A stretch of 64,000 nucleotides of DNA from Candidatus Falkowbacteria bacterium (GCA_963747695.1 CAVVFV010000010.1:389618-453617), one strand, 5' to 3'. Positions 38,356 to 47,693 are shown, counted from the stretch's first letter. Notes: generated by a model not told the origin, from the sequence alone. A program made the numbers and translations.

Positions 38356-39204
38356 ATGCTCAAGCGAATCAGCTCTTGGTATGTGCTATGTGTTCTAAAT
38401 CAGGTGAATTATTTATCCCATTTTGCCGCTTTGATGTTAATTTACATTTTTGTCGCGACTCTGGCGGGATTATTTGACGCTTTTGGTATTCATTTTGAGC
38501 GTTTGATCTGGTTAACCGCCTTAGGGCTGGAGGTGATGGTTATTTTCAGCTTGGTCGCTTATCACTGTTTGAAGGAAAAGATTATCGTGCACTATCGCAG
38601 CGGCGATGAAGAATGGGAAAGATTTTTTCTGGGCGTCGACGCCGTAAGCGGAGAAGTGATGTTCTTGAAACAAATGGATTTTATTATGCTTCCGAAATGC
38701 GAATGCTCCCTGATTGATTTTGCCATGCCGGTATTTTTTGCGGAAGATAAATTCGATGAGGACCACGTGCTCGCCAAGCTGGTGGAAACGGTGGAAATTC
38801 CCGCCCCTTCTTTTGATGAAAGTTTTAACGTCGACATCATCGTTTATTATACCGATGAACCAGATCTTAATACTCTCGTTGATTTTGTCTGCCGGGAATA
38901 TCGCGATTCCCACGGCCGGTATGAGTATGGCGGGTATGAAGATTATCTGGCGCAGTTATTAATGGAGTTTTCCCCGGGCTGGATCTGCGAGGCGGAAAAA
39001 GATTGTACCAATCGGGTTTTGGCTTCGGGCAAGCCTGACAAGATGATCAGCTTGGACGAGGTAATCGACAAATATCTGCAACTGAAAAATGAACGGTTTA
39101 AGCCTGCCTATCTGCCGAATATCCGCCGGGTAGAAATCAGGCTTTCCAAACCAGGGCAGGAAGCTACTATCACTGTCGCAAAACAGTCCGAGGAATCGGA
39201 GTAG
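38356..39204 (+). CDS. hypothetical membrane protein
   Basis: 282 aa from the ATG at 38356 (AAGGAGG 5 nt upstream). Three N-terminal hydrophobic helices, then a soluble domain of unknown function. Confidence 0.55.
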   Translation: MLKRISSWYVLCVLNQVNYLSHFAALMLIYIFVATLAGLFDAFGIHFERLIWLTALGLEVMVIFSLVAYHCLKEKIIVHYRSGDEEWERFFLGVDAVSGEVMFLKQMDFIMLPKCECSLIDFAMPVFFAEDKFDEDHVLAKLVETVEIPAPSFDESFNVDIIVYYTDEPDLNTLVDFVCREYRDSHGRYEYGGYEDYLAQLLMEFSPGWICEAEKDCTNRVLASGKPDKMISLDEVIDKYLQLKNERFKPAYLPNIRRVEIRLSKPGQEATITVAKQSEESE

Positions 39205-39300
39205 GAAATGCCGGAAATAAATTTATTCCGGATCTTGAAAGAGATCCGGAATTTTATTACCACCTTGGCTCCCGCAGAGTCTCAAATAGGGGCAAAAGAT

Positions 39301-39328
39301 GGGTTACGTGGTATGAGTTATGTGTTAC
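39301..39328. repeat. degenerate heptamer array (GGGTTAC-type x4) just upstream of the clpP promoter -35
   Basis: GGGTTAC GTGGTAT GAGTTAT GTGTTAC. Confidence 0.65.
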
Positions 39329-39335
39329 GCGATTT

Positions 39336-39364
39336 TTGACTTTTCCTTAAATTTTTTATATAAT
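39336..39364 (+). promoter_or_regulatory. consensus sigma70 promoter of clpP
   Basis: TTGACT, 17-nt spacer, TATAAT. Confidence 0.7.
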
Positions 39365-39376
39365 CCATATTACCAA

Positions 39377-39408
39377 AACTAATTAACCAACTAACTAATC
39401 AACTAATT
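39377..39408. repeat. heptamer-periodic AACTAAT-type array abutting the clpP start codon
   Basis: AACTAAT TAACCAA CTAACTA ATCAACT AATTTT, then ATG. Confidence 0.6.
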
Positions 39409-39410
39409 TT

Positions 39411-39989
39411 ATGCCTTTAATACCAACAGTTATCGAAAAATCCGGCAATTACGAGCGGGCGTATGATATTTATTCCCGCTTGCTCAAAGACCGAATTATC
39501 TTTTTGGGCGAGCCGATTGACGATCATGTCGCCAATATCGTCATTGCCCAGCTTTTATTTTTGGACGCGGAAGGAAGCGACAAGGATATCAAATTCTATA
39601 TCAATTCTCCGGGCGGATCGGTGACGGCCGGCTTGGCGATTTACGACACGATGCAATATATCAAAAGCAATGTGTCGACGATCTGTGTCGGGATGGCCGC
39701 GTCGATGGCGGCGATGCTTTTGGCCGCCGGCACCAACGGCAAGCGTTTTGCTTTGCCCAACAGCGAGATAATGATCCACCAGGTTTTGGGCGGCGCCGAA
39801 GGTCAGGCCTCCGACGTCAAAATTCGCGCCGAGCATATCTTGAAGCTGAAAGATAAGATGAATAATTTGCTCGCCTTTCACACCAAGCAGGACATTAAGA
39901 CTGTTGAAAAGGACACTGACCGCGATTATTTCATGTCGGCTGAAGAGGCAAAGAAATATGGTATAATTGATAAAGTAATAAAGAAGTAA
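39411..39989 (+). CDS. clpP: ATP-dependent Clp protease proteolytic subunit
   Basis: 192 aa with ...[24 protein letters not shown]...[19 protein letters not shown]...GMAASMAA... Confidence 0.96.
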   Translation: MPLIPTVIEKSGNYERAYDIYSRLLKDRIIFLGEPIDDHVANIVIAQLLFLDAEGSDKDIKFYINSPGGSVTAGLAIYDTMQYIKSNVSTICVGMAASMAAMLLAAGTNGKRFALPNSEIMIHQVLGGAEGQASDVKIRAEHILKLKDKMNNLLAFHTKQDIKTVEKDTDRDYFMSAEEAKKYGIIDKVIKK

Positions 39990-40085
39990 ATTAGTCGATT
40001 AGGCACTTGGGTACTTAGGCGCAACGAGAATAAGCGCTCAAGGTAGAATTCCTAAGTACCTAATTAACTAAGTACCTAATTTACT
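39989..40085. repeat. imperfect palindrome with TTAGG/CCTAA heptamer-periodic arms (clpP|trxA spacer)
   Basis: ATTAGTCGATTAGGCACTTGGGTACTTAGG...CCTAAGTACCTAATTAACTAAGTACCTAAT. The right arm ends 6 nt before the trxA ATG. Confidence 0.7.
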
Positions 40086-40397
40086 ATGCTCGAGCTCAAC
40101 GACTCAAATTTTGATAAAGAAGTCTTGGAGGCTTCTAAGATCAAGCCCGTCCTCGTTGATTTTTACGCCACCTGGTGCGGCGTCTGCAAGATGATGGCGC
40201 CGATCTTCGAGGAAGTGGCCAAGGAAAATAGCGATAAGGTTATTTTTGCCAAGGCCAACGCCGATGAGACGGCGGCCGCGACGGAAAAGATCGAAATTCT
40301 TTCCTTGCCCACCTTCGCCCTCTTCAAAGACGGCCAAATGGTTAAATCGATTTCCGGTCCGCAGGCAAAAGAAATGATTTTAGATCTTCTGAAATAA
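40086..40397 (+). CDS. trxA: thioredoxin
   Basis: 103 aa with active site WCGVCK. Confidence 0.92.
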   Translation: MLELNDSNFDKEVLEASKIKPVLVDFYATWCGVCKMMAPIFEEVAKENSDKVIFAKANADETAAATEKIEILSLPTFALFKDGQMVKSISGPQAKEMILDLLK

Positions 40398-40417
40398 CAA
40401 TTTTATTCAAATAAAAA

Positions 40418-40445
40418 ACGTCTGGCAAGAACCAGGCGTTTTTTA
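40418..40445 (+). terminator. intrinsic terminator after trxA
   Basis: ACGTCTGG-caagaa-CCAGGCGT followed by TTTTTT. Confidence 0.75.
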
Positions 40446-40500
40446 ATGTAAAATGCAAATCTCAAAATGTAAAATAATTTTGTATTTTGAGATTTTAATT
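40445..40500. repeat. AAATGTA/AAATGCA heptamer-periodic palindrome (trxA|ROK kinase 3' ends)
   Basis: AATGTAAAATGCAAATCTCAAAATGTAAAATAATTTTGTATTTTGAGATTTTAATT. Contains an 11-bp perfect stem AATCTCAAAAT/ATTTTGAGATT. Confidence 0.7.
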
Positions 40501-41349
40501 TTAAATTAATAATGCTGCCCCGATCGCGCCGGCATCCAGGCCAAGTTTTGATTTTAATATTTTCGTCTTGCCTTGGGTTTTGACGACTTTTTCGTCAATA
40601 GTTTTTTTCAACTCCGGAAGAAATAAATCAGCCGAGGCCATCACGCCGCCGCCGAAGACAATCGCTTCCGGGTCCAATAGATTGATGATGTTGGCGCAGG
40701 CTAACCCGAGGAAATGGCCGACTTCGGTAAAAGCGCGGCGGGCAAGTTCATCGCCATGGTAATTTTCCATCGCCAAGTTTAAAGGATTATTCTGAGTTAA
40801 TTTTTGATAAGAATCTTCCAGATTTGTCTGCTCATTGAAATTAACGATCATCCGGCCTGGTTCGGAAAAGCCGTGGGCGCCGTAATAAATATTGCCATTG
40901 AACCACCAGGCGCCGCCAATTCCGGTCCCGATCGTAATGCCGTAAATATTTTTATATTTGGCGGCCGAGCCGAGGGTGGCTTCGGCGCGCAAAAAACATT
41001 CCGCATCATTATCCATCTTCACGGGCAGATTGATCCGTTTTTCCAAAATTTCCGCCAATTTGATGCCGTTAAGCAAAGGTAAATTTTTTGCGCCCAATAC
41101 TTTGGCGCCGTACGGATCAACAACTCCGGGAACGCCCAGGCCGACGCCTTTGAGCTTAACTTTATCTTCCTCGGCTTTTTTCGAGAGCGGCTCGATGAGT
41201 GCGAGTATCATAATGATGAGATGTTCGAGCGAATCTTTCGGCGTACCCAAAGAATAATCCATCACGACCTGCTCGCCATCAAAGAGCACGGACTTGATGT
41301 TCGTGCCGCCGATGTCAATTCCTATTGAATAAGTTTTTTTATTGCTCAT
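40501..41349 (-). CDS. ROK-family sugar kinase (glucokinase-like)
   Basis: 282 aa with IGIDIGGTNIK and GITIGTGIGGAW. Confidence 0.85.
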   Translation of the reverse strand: MSNKKTYSIGIDIGGTNIKSVLFDGEQVVMDYSLGTPKDSLEHLIIMILALIEPLSKKAEEDKVKLKGVGLGVPGVVDPYGAKVLGAKNLPLLNGIKLAEILEKRINLPVKMDNDAECFLRAEATLGSAAKYKNIYGITIGTGIGGAWWFNGNIYYGAHGFSEPGRMIVNFNEQTNLEDSYQKLTQNNPLNLAMENYHGDELARRAFTEVGHFLGLACANIINLLDPEAIVFGGGVMASADLFLPELKKTIDEKVVKTQGKTKILKSKLGLDAGAIGAALLI

Positions 41350-41450
41350 AAATTTAAAATGTAAAAGTCAAAATGAAAAATTATTCGAGTCCGCCGCGGG
41401 CGGACGAAATTCATTAATTTTTATTTTTGAGATTTACATTTTGCATTTTC
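41350..41450. repeat. AAATGTA/AAATGCA heptamer-periodic palindrome (ROK kinase start | GH gene end)
   Basis: AAATGTAAAAGTCAAAATGAAAAAT...central TCCGCCGCGGGCGGA hairpin...ATTTTTGAGATTTACATTTTGCATTTT. Confidence 0.7.
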
Positions 41451-42457
41451 TATCTTCCAAACAGCGTTTTCGCATAATCCCAATAACTGGAATTTCCTTT
41501 CACGTCTTTTTCCCACGCCCACCATTCCACGCCCCAGAGATAAAAATCTTTGAAGCCGGCTTGTTGGCCGAAATTGATGATATATTTGAATTTATCCAAG
41601 GTCATAGTTTTCGCCATATCCGTAGCGCTCAACTGGTCGACTCCGACCGGACCCCAAGGCTCGCCCTGCATTTCAATGACGATCCAGTCTTTCGGATGGG
41701 CGAAGAGGCTGACAATATTTTTTTTGAAGCGGAAGAATCCCGGCAAGATCGGATAATGAAGATAGCTTTTCAGTTCGCTGGAATAGGTATTGAGATACAT
41801 GCTCGTACCGAAGATGTCGGACCGCGAGGCCGACGGAACCCAGATGGAAAGTTCCCCCGAATCGGTAATGATCACCGGGCGGGAATCAAGACTCTTAACC
41901 AAGGCGATCTCTTTGTCCAAAAAAGCCGGATCGAAAGGCGGGCATTCGCCGAAGAAGGTAAGAAAAGGTTCGTTCTCCACCTGCCAGGCCACAATCTGAT
42001 CTTTGTCTTTGTATCTTTCGATGGTCGTCCGGAGATAGTCAAGCGTGTCTTGCTGCTTTTGCGCCGCCGATAAATTATCCGCCCAGGTCGGCAAATGGCA
42101 TTCGGGCCAGCGGGGCAGCCGATAGCCGACGGCGAGAATTATCGTCGCGTTCCTTTTGCCTGCTTCGTCGATCTGCCAATCCAGCGCCGAGTAATCATAA
42201 TCTTTTGAATCCGTGGCTTGGATTTCGTCCCAATAAGCCGGAATCCGCAATTTCCGTACGCCCAGATCATCCAAAATTTCCGTGTAGGTTTTTTTCCAGT
42301 CCAAACCTAAAAATTGCGCGTAAGGTTGGGAGAAAGTCACCCCGTAAGATAACTCGGACTGGGGATAAATTTTCCCCTGGGAAAGGATGATGGCGATGAA
42401 GATTATCACCACCAAGACGACCAGGATTTTTTTTATTATTCTTAGTGTAGTCCACAT
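41450..42457 (-). CDS. membrane-anchored clan GH-A (TIM-barrel) glycoside hydrolase-like protein
   Basis: 335 aa with an N-terminal TM helix and a WQVENEP acid/base-type motif. The GH family is not resolved. Confidence 0.55.
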   Translation of the reverse strand: MWTTLRIIKKILVVLVVIIFIAIILSQGKIYPQSELSYGVTFSQPYAQFLGLDWKKTYTEILDDLGVRKLRIPAYWDEIQATDSKDYDYSALDWQIDEAGKRNATIILAVGYRLPRWPECHLPTWADNLSAAQKQQDTLDYLRTTIERYKDKDQIVAWQVENEPFLTFFGECPPFDPAFLDKEIALVKSLDSRPVIITDSGELSIWVPSASRSDIFGTSMYLNTYSSELKSYLHYPILPGFFRFKKNIVSLFAHPKDWIVIEMQGEPWGPVGVDQLSATDMAKTMTLDKFKYIINFGQQAGFKDFYLWGVEWWAWEKDVKGNSSYWDYAKTLFGR

Positions 42458-42460
42458 ATA

Positions 42461-42889
42461 TCAGCTGTCACAGATGAATTGAGAGGTTGCGCCGATTAAG
42501 CAGCCGGCGACAAAACTGGTAATGGCATAAGCCGCTAAGACGATGGCCAAGCCGATAATGGCGGAAACGATCTGTCCCTTGGACTTGGTGATCTGTTCTT
42601 CGTCGCCCATGCTGGTCATATACTTAAAACCGGCAATGATGATCAGCACGATAAAAATTGTTCCTAAAAGACCCAGCACCGCGACGATGATGTTGGCGAC
42701 GATGATCCGGATGTCGGTCGGCGCGCCGCTTTGGCCGAAGGCGTGAGAAATAGCGCCGGTGCCGTTTTCAAACCCTTGCTGGCTGTTGATGTCCACCGGG
42801 CTGGCGGCGAGTGCCGCCGGCATCAAAGCTGCTGCCGATAAATTAAGCAAGAAGAGCGGCAATACCAGATAAAAAATGATTTTCTTCAT
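42461..42889 (-). CDS. small membrane protein resembling TrbC/VirB2-type (T4SS) pilins
   Basis: 142 aa from the ATG at 42889. Signal peptide ending ALAASP, then two long hydrophobic helices separated by ...KYMTSMGDEEQITKSKGQ... The tracked start (42931) runs into the heptamer array. Confidence 0.45.
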   Translation of the reverse strand: MKKIIFYLVLPLFLLNLSAAALMPAALAASPVDINSQQGFENGTGAISHAFGQSGAPTDIRIIVANIIVAVLGLLGTIFIVLIIIAGFKYMTSMGDEEQITKSKGQIVSAIIGLAIVLAAYAITSFVAGCLIGATSQFICDS

Positions 42890-42890
42890 A

Positions 42891-42925
42891 AACATGGAAC
42901 ATAGAACATGGAACATAGAACAGGT
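42891..42925. repeat. tandem heptamer array (AACATGG/AACATAG x5) abutting the start of the VirB2-like gene
   Basis: aacatggaacatagaacatggaacatagaacaggt, beginning 2 nt from the ATG at 42889. Confidence 0.8.
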
Positions 42926-43116
42926 TGCCAATGAATGCCCCGAGGAGCTGATAAATGGCAGCTTGTGTTATGGCTGATGTTTTATGCCTTGATTAGTATG
43001 ATATAATTAAGGTAATCTATTTTAATTATAGCAGGAAGTAAAGAACATTAGAACAAGGAGCTAATAAACAGCTGACCGGTGAATTTTTTGAGAAATTGAC
43101 TGCTTTGGCCCTGATT

Positions 43117-43145
43117 TATGCTCTATGTTCTTATGCTCTATGATA
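43117..43145. repeat. inverted-orientation partner array (TATGCTC/TATGTTC) abutting the flippase-like gene start
   Basis: tatgctctatgttcttatgctctatgata, then ATG at 43145. It is the reverse complement word family of 42891-42925. Confidence 0.7.
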
Positions 43146-44661
43146 TGCAGCTTGGCACTAAAGTCGCTTACAATACGATAATCCAGGTAGTGAGCAAAAT
43201 CGTCACTACCGTGCTGGGTCTTTTGGCGGTGGCGATTATGACCCGCTACTTAGGGACTTCTGGTTTTGGTGAATACACGACGATTATTACCTTTCTGGCG
43301 TTTTTCGGGGTGATGGCCGATTTAGGTTTGACTTTGGTTACGGTGCAGATGATCAGCCAGCGTGGCGCCGACGAAAATAAGATTTTAAATAACCTTTTCA
43401 GCTTGCGGTTTCTGACTGCCGCGGTTTTTTTGGGGCTGGCGCCGGTGGCGGCCTGGTTTTTCCCATATGGACGGGATATCAAGCTGGGAATAACGATCAC
43501 GGTTTTTTCTTTTTTCTTCATCGCGCTGAATCAGATCTTTACCGCGATTTTCCAAAAATATTTGCGGATGGACAAGGTTTCCTGGGCCGAGTGTTTAAGC
43601 CGGGTGGTATTGCTCGGCGGAACTATCGCGGCGGTCCGCTGGAATTTCGGACTAGAGGGTATGATGGTTTCGATTGTTGCCGGCAGCTTCGCTCAATTCG
43701 TACTGCTTTATCTGTTTTCAAGAAAATTCGTCCGCGTCGGTTTTGCTTTGGATTTTTCTCTCTGGCGCGAAGTGGCCCGAAAATCCTGGCCGCTGGCCGT
43801 GACCATTTTTTTTAATCTGATCTATCTGAAGACCGACACGCTTGATCCTTTCTTTGATTAAAAGCCAATCCCAAGTCGGCATTTACGGCGCCGCTTATAA
43901 GGTGATCGACATTTTGACGACTATCCCTTTTCTTTTTGCCGGCGTGGTTCTGCCGATCCTCACTGCTGATTGGTCGGCTCATGCCGAAGAGCGGTTCAAA
44001 AAAATCCTACAGAAGTCTTTTGACCTGATGGTGATTCTTGCCGTCCCCCTGGTAGTCGGCACCCAGCTGCTCGCCGGTCCGGTGATGGTTTTAGTGGCGG
44101 GTTCGGATTTCGCGGCGGCCGGGACGGTACTCAAAATCTTGATTTTTGCCGCCGGCTTCGTTTTTGTGAGCAGTTTTTTGGCGCACGTGATGGTCGCTTT
44201 GAATAAACAGCAAAAGATAATTCCCGCTTACATTTTTACGGCGATAACTTCGGTCATCGGGTATCTAATATTTAATTCCGCGCTGGTCTTATTATTCGGG
44301 GCGGCCGGAGTTACGGTTTACAGCGAGGCGGCAATCACTCTGTTTATGATTTTTTACACTTGGCGCTATGCGAAATTTTTTCCCGACGCTGAACATTTTT
44401 TTCCGCTCGGTCATTGCCGCCTTGGTCATGGGGCTGGCATTGGCCATTCCGTCGCCGGTTTTTTATCAGCACGACTGGTATTTGCTCTCGGCAATCGTCG
44501 GGGCCTCGATCCTTTATTTCGCGGTTTTATATCTGGTACGCGGCATCAGCCAGAAAGACCTATGGCCTTATTACTTAATCAGGAACCGCAAGAGAGCGAA
44601 TTTCTTTAGAATTTATCAGCATGGCGAAAATATTAATCATCAATTCGGCAAAAAAATTTGA
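43145..44661 (+). pseudogene. MOP-superfamily (Wzx/polysaccharide-biosynthesis) flippase-like gene split into three frames
   Basis: Continuous multi-TM homology runs across ORFs 43118-43861, 43842-44609 and 44368-44661. Frame changes lie near 43838-43845 and in the T-run at 44375-44380. Confidence 0.7.
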
Positions 44662-45739
44662 GCGGCCCTTGGCGGACTTGTTCAATGACTCGGGCAAAGG
44701 CAATACTTTTCTGGCTTGGGTTGCTGATCGCGAGTTTTGCCGCCGGTCTGGCGCCGAAAGCAGGACCGAAAAAAGATTTTTCGGCCCGGAAACAAAGGAT
44801 TTTTTCGGTGTCGCAGGCTTTCTCCTTTTGCTGCCGGTTCTTTGGCTGGGGTATCTTTTTTTCCTCTCGGCTCTCCAGCGGCGGGAGAAGATCGACAAGA
44901 TCCTCTGCGTCGCCGAGCGGGAGAAAATAATTTTTACGCCGCTGGCGCGGATTTTGCGGATCGATGTCTATTGGCTGGAATTGCCCGAGCGGGACCGGCG
45001 GCGGTTGAAAAATGCGCGGCGGTTGGTGGCGCGGCCGGCTAAGCTGATCGCCTTCACTGCCCAAGACGCGGAAAACTTGGCGCAGGACGGATTTGCCAAA
45101 GAAAAAATTTATAATATTTCCTTGGGAGTCAATCTGCGATCGGTCGAACGGCAGGACGATCTTTTTTCCAGTTTGGCAAAGGCCGACAAGCCGTACAGTT
45201 TTTATAAAAATTTCAGCGTCGGCGTGGTAGCGGAGTCGGGCGACCGGCGCCGCCTGGAAATCCTCCTGCAGGCGGTCAAAGGCTGTGTTAACCTTATTCC
45301 CAATTTCCGTTTGGTGGTCATCGGTCAGGGCCCGGAAAGCGGGAATCTCAATTGGCTGATCAAAAAATTGGGTCTGGAACGGCGAGTCTGGCTGGTGGGT
45401 GAACAAAAAAATCTGATCCAATGGCTCGATGATCTGGATCTCTATGTCGTGCTGGCGGAAAAACCCGGCTTGAGCGATCTGGAGAAAGCGCTGGCCGCCG
45501 CATCCCGGGGCGTGCCGCTTCTGGGGTTCCGGCATAAAAACTTATCTGATATCATTATCGAAGGGCAGAATGGATTGCTGAATTCGTCAGGTGGCGCCGA
45601 AGAGCTTGCCCGGCAGATCATCGCCATCGAAGCTGACGAACCGGCGCGCAAGAAGATGGGCGCCAACGGCCGGCAGCTGGTCTATCAGAACTTTGACCGG
45701 CAAAAACAACTTCAGCGTTTGAGAGAGATAATAGGATAG
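44621..45739 (+). CDS. glycosyltransferase, GT-B fold (GT4-like)
   Basis: 372 aa. The C-terminal half (...LVVIGQGPE...LDLYVVLAEKPG...GVPLLGF...IIEGQNGLL) is typical of family 1/4 glycosyltransferases. Confidence 0.75.
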   Translation: MAKILIINSAKKFERPLADLFNDSGKGNTFLAWVADREFCRRSGAESRTEKRFFGPETKDFFGVAGFLLLLPVLWLGYLFFLSALQRREKIDKILCVAEREKIIFTPLARILRIDVYWLELPERDRRRLKNARRLVARPAKLIAFTAQDAENLAQDGFAKEKIYNISLGVNLRSVERQDDLFSSLAKADKPYSFYKNFSVGVVAESGDRRRLEILLQAVKGCVNLIPNFRLVVIGQGPESGNLNWLIKKLGLERRVWLVGEQKNLIQWLDDLDLYVVLAEKPGLSDLEKALAAASRGVPLLGFRHKNLSDIIIEGQNGLLNSSGGAEELARQIIAIEADEPARKKMGANGRQLVYQNFDRQKQLQRLREIIG

Positions 45740-45742
45740 AAT

Positions 45743-45859
45743 ATGATGCGAATACTACGAATTTTTCGCGAATACCGCGAACTACTTATCAAATTAACAT
45801 ATCATAATTCGTTAAATCTATTTTTAGTATTCGCGGATAATTTGTAGTATTCGCATTAT
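45743..45859. repeat. ATTCGC/CGAATA palindrome family copy (GT|rluD-like spacer)
   Basis: ATGATGCGAATACTACGAATTTTTCGCGAATACCGCGAAC...TAGTATTCGCGGATAATTTGTAGTATTCGCATTAT. Confidence 0.8.
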
Positions 45860-45870
45860 GTAAAATTTTT

Positions 45871-46824
45871 ATGAAGTATAAAATAACCAAGGAAAATGTT
45901 GGAAGCCGTTTGGATTTATTTTTGGTGAAAAAAATTAAAAAAACCCGCGGGCAGGCGCAAAAGATGATTGCGGGCGGACAGGTTTTTGTTAATGGGAAAA
46001 TTTTGAGCAATCATTATGCCTTGAAAGAAGGAGAAATGATAGAAGTTAAAAGTGCAAAGTTAAAAGTTAAAAGTAAGCAAGAAAGAGATTTTAATGTTCG
46101 AGTTGTTTATGAGAATCGGGAATTTATTGTCGTGAATAAGCCGGCTGGGCTGATCGTTCACGGCGCGCCCCACATCAAGGGTCCGACGCTGGCCGATTGG
46201 CTGGTTAAAAAATACCCCGAACTTAAAAAAGTCGGGGAGGATAAAACACGGCCCGGCATTATGCATCGCTTGGATAAAGATGTCAGCGGTCTGCTCGTTA
46301 TCGCCCGGACCAACGAATCATTCGCTAATCTGAAAAAGCAATTTCAAAAACGCCAAGTGGAAAAAATTTATACCGCCCTGGTTTACGGCGCGGTGGCCAA
46401 GGAAAACGACCAGATCAATTTTTCGCTTAAGCGCGCGGCGGGCGGACACCGGCAGGCGGCGGTACCGGAAGGTTATAATTTTAAGGAAAACTTTTTGGAA
46501 TTGCGCGAAGCCTTTACCGAATTCCGGGTTTTGCGCCGCTTCGTCAATTATACTTTGCTTGAGGTGAAAATAAAAAGCGGACGCAAACATCAGATTCGCG
46601 TCCATCTCTTCGCTTACGGCTATCCGCTCGTCGGCGATAACCTCTACTCGACCAGAAAAACCCGCGAGGCAAACCGGAAATTCGCTCTGGGCCGGATTTT
46701 CTTGGTATCCAGCCAGCTGTCTTTTTCGGATTTGGCCGGCAAAAGGCATTCTTTCCGTATCGAGCTGCCGCCGGAATTGTCTGATTTCTTATTGAAGCAG
46801 ACGATCATTGGAAAGGATCAGTGA
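45871..46824 (+). CDS. RluA/RluD-family 23S rRNA pseudouridine synthase with S4 domain
   Basis: 317 aa with an S4-like N-terminus (RLDLFLVKK...) and catalytic HRLDKDVSGLLVIA. Confidence 0.88.
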   Translation: MKYKITKENVGSRLDLFLVKKIKKTRGQAQKMIAGGQVFVNGKILSNHYALKEGEMIEVKSAKLKVKSKQERDFNVRVVYENREFIVVNKPAGLIVHGAPHIKGPTLADWLVKKYPELKKVGEDKTRPGIMHRLDKDVSGLLVIARTNESFANLKKQFQKRQVEKIYTALVYGAVAKENDQINFSLKRAAGGHRQAAVPEGYNFKENFLELREAFTEFRVLRRFVNYTLLEVKIKSGRKHQIRVHLFAYGYPLVGDNLYSTRKTREANRKFALGRIFLVSSQLSFSDLAGKRHSFRIELPPELSDFLLKQTIIGKDQ

Positions 46825-47068
46825 CCAGGCTGGCCGCCGATGAAGAGGAAGTTTTTTGGGAAATAGTTTTGACCAGATTGTTGAATTTATTGATATCCAC
46901 GGTTTGGACGGCCATATTCCTTTGCAGCGCAAAAACCGTTTGCGAACCGGTCAGGGCGGGAGACAGATCATATTGCCAAAAATAATAAACATAACCCGCC
47001 GCCGCGAGCAAGGCGACCAGCAGCAGACCTTTGACATAAGGGCTGATTTTTTTTGCGGTAATAGCCAT
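46805..47068 (-). CDS. hypothetical small membrane protein, last gene of the pilus operon
   Basis: 87 aa with one TM helix (LLLVALLAAAGYVYYF). Overlaps the convergent rluD-like 3' end by 20 nt. Confidence 0.45.
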   Translation of the reverse strand: MAITAKKISPYVKGLLLVALLAAAGYVYYFWQYDLSPALTGSQTVFALQRNMAVQTVDINKFNNLVKTISQKTSSSSAASLVTDPFQ

Positions 47069-47099
47069 ATGATTATTTAATCGCCGGTGTAAAACCGGT

Positions 47100-47687
47100 T
47101 TAATTCGAAGTTTCCCAATAGGTAGTGGCGGAAATATCCGCCTTCAAAAATTTTTCCGGAGTGCTCGTCCCGATTTTAATCGACTCATCCGAGACTTGGG
47201 GTGAGATTTGCAGCGAATTGATGTTGATATATTTTTTTAGGTTTTCCAGGGCGGTGATAAAGCCGACCAAGCCGCGGAAGCCGCCATTGACGGTTAGCTG
47301 CAGGGGGATTTGGTCGTAAGAGTTTTGCAGCGGAGTCGGCGACCCCAAATTAGCGTTTTCCGTGACCTGATTTTCTGCGGCCGCCGTTTCCAGCGATGTC
47401 ACGAAAGATAAAGAGTCGTTCTGGTTGACAAAGATCTGCTCGATTTCGCCGACGCGGGGTTCCACGGTGTTGATGCTGTCTTTTAATTTTTTCAAATTCT
47501 GTCCCTGCGCGTAATCCCTTTGCGCCGCCAAGCTTTGATTTTCCATTTGGATCCTAGTCGCTTCCACGCTACTCACCGCCGGAATGATCAACCAATAGAC
47601 CAAAGCGAAAACCGCGGCCACGAAAATTAAGATGCTTAAAGCGATTTTATTAGGGTAGTCCATTTGAAAATTTTTTTTATCATTCAT
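47100..47687 (-). CDS. pilO: type IV pilus assembly protein PilO-like
   Basis: 195 aa with an N-terminal TM helix then a coiled coil. Position after pilN. Confidence 0.55.
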   Translation of the reverse strand: MNDKKNFQMDYPNKIALSILIFVAAVFALVYWLIIPAVSSVEATRIQMENQSLAAQRDYAQGQNLKKLKDSINTVEPRVGEIEQIFVNQNDSLSFVTSLETAAAENQVTENANLGSPTPLQNSYDQIPLQLTVNGGFRGLVGFITALENLKKYININSLQISPQVSDESIKIGTSTPEKFLKADISATTYWETSN

Positions 47688-47693
47688 AAAATT

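Noticed and set aside
44633-45535. 300-aa minus-strand ORF across the glycosyltransferase gene
   Set aside because: The + strand frame carries the GT-B C-terminal motifs. The minus frame is Pro/Gln/Arg-rich with no motif and no RBS.
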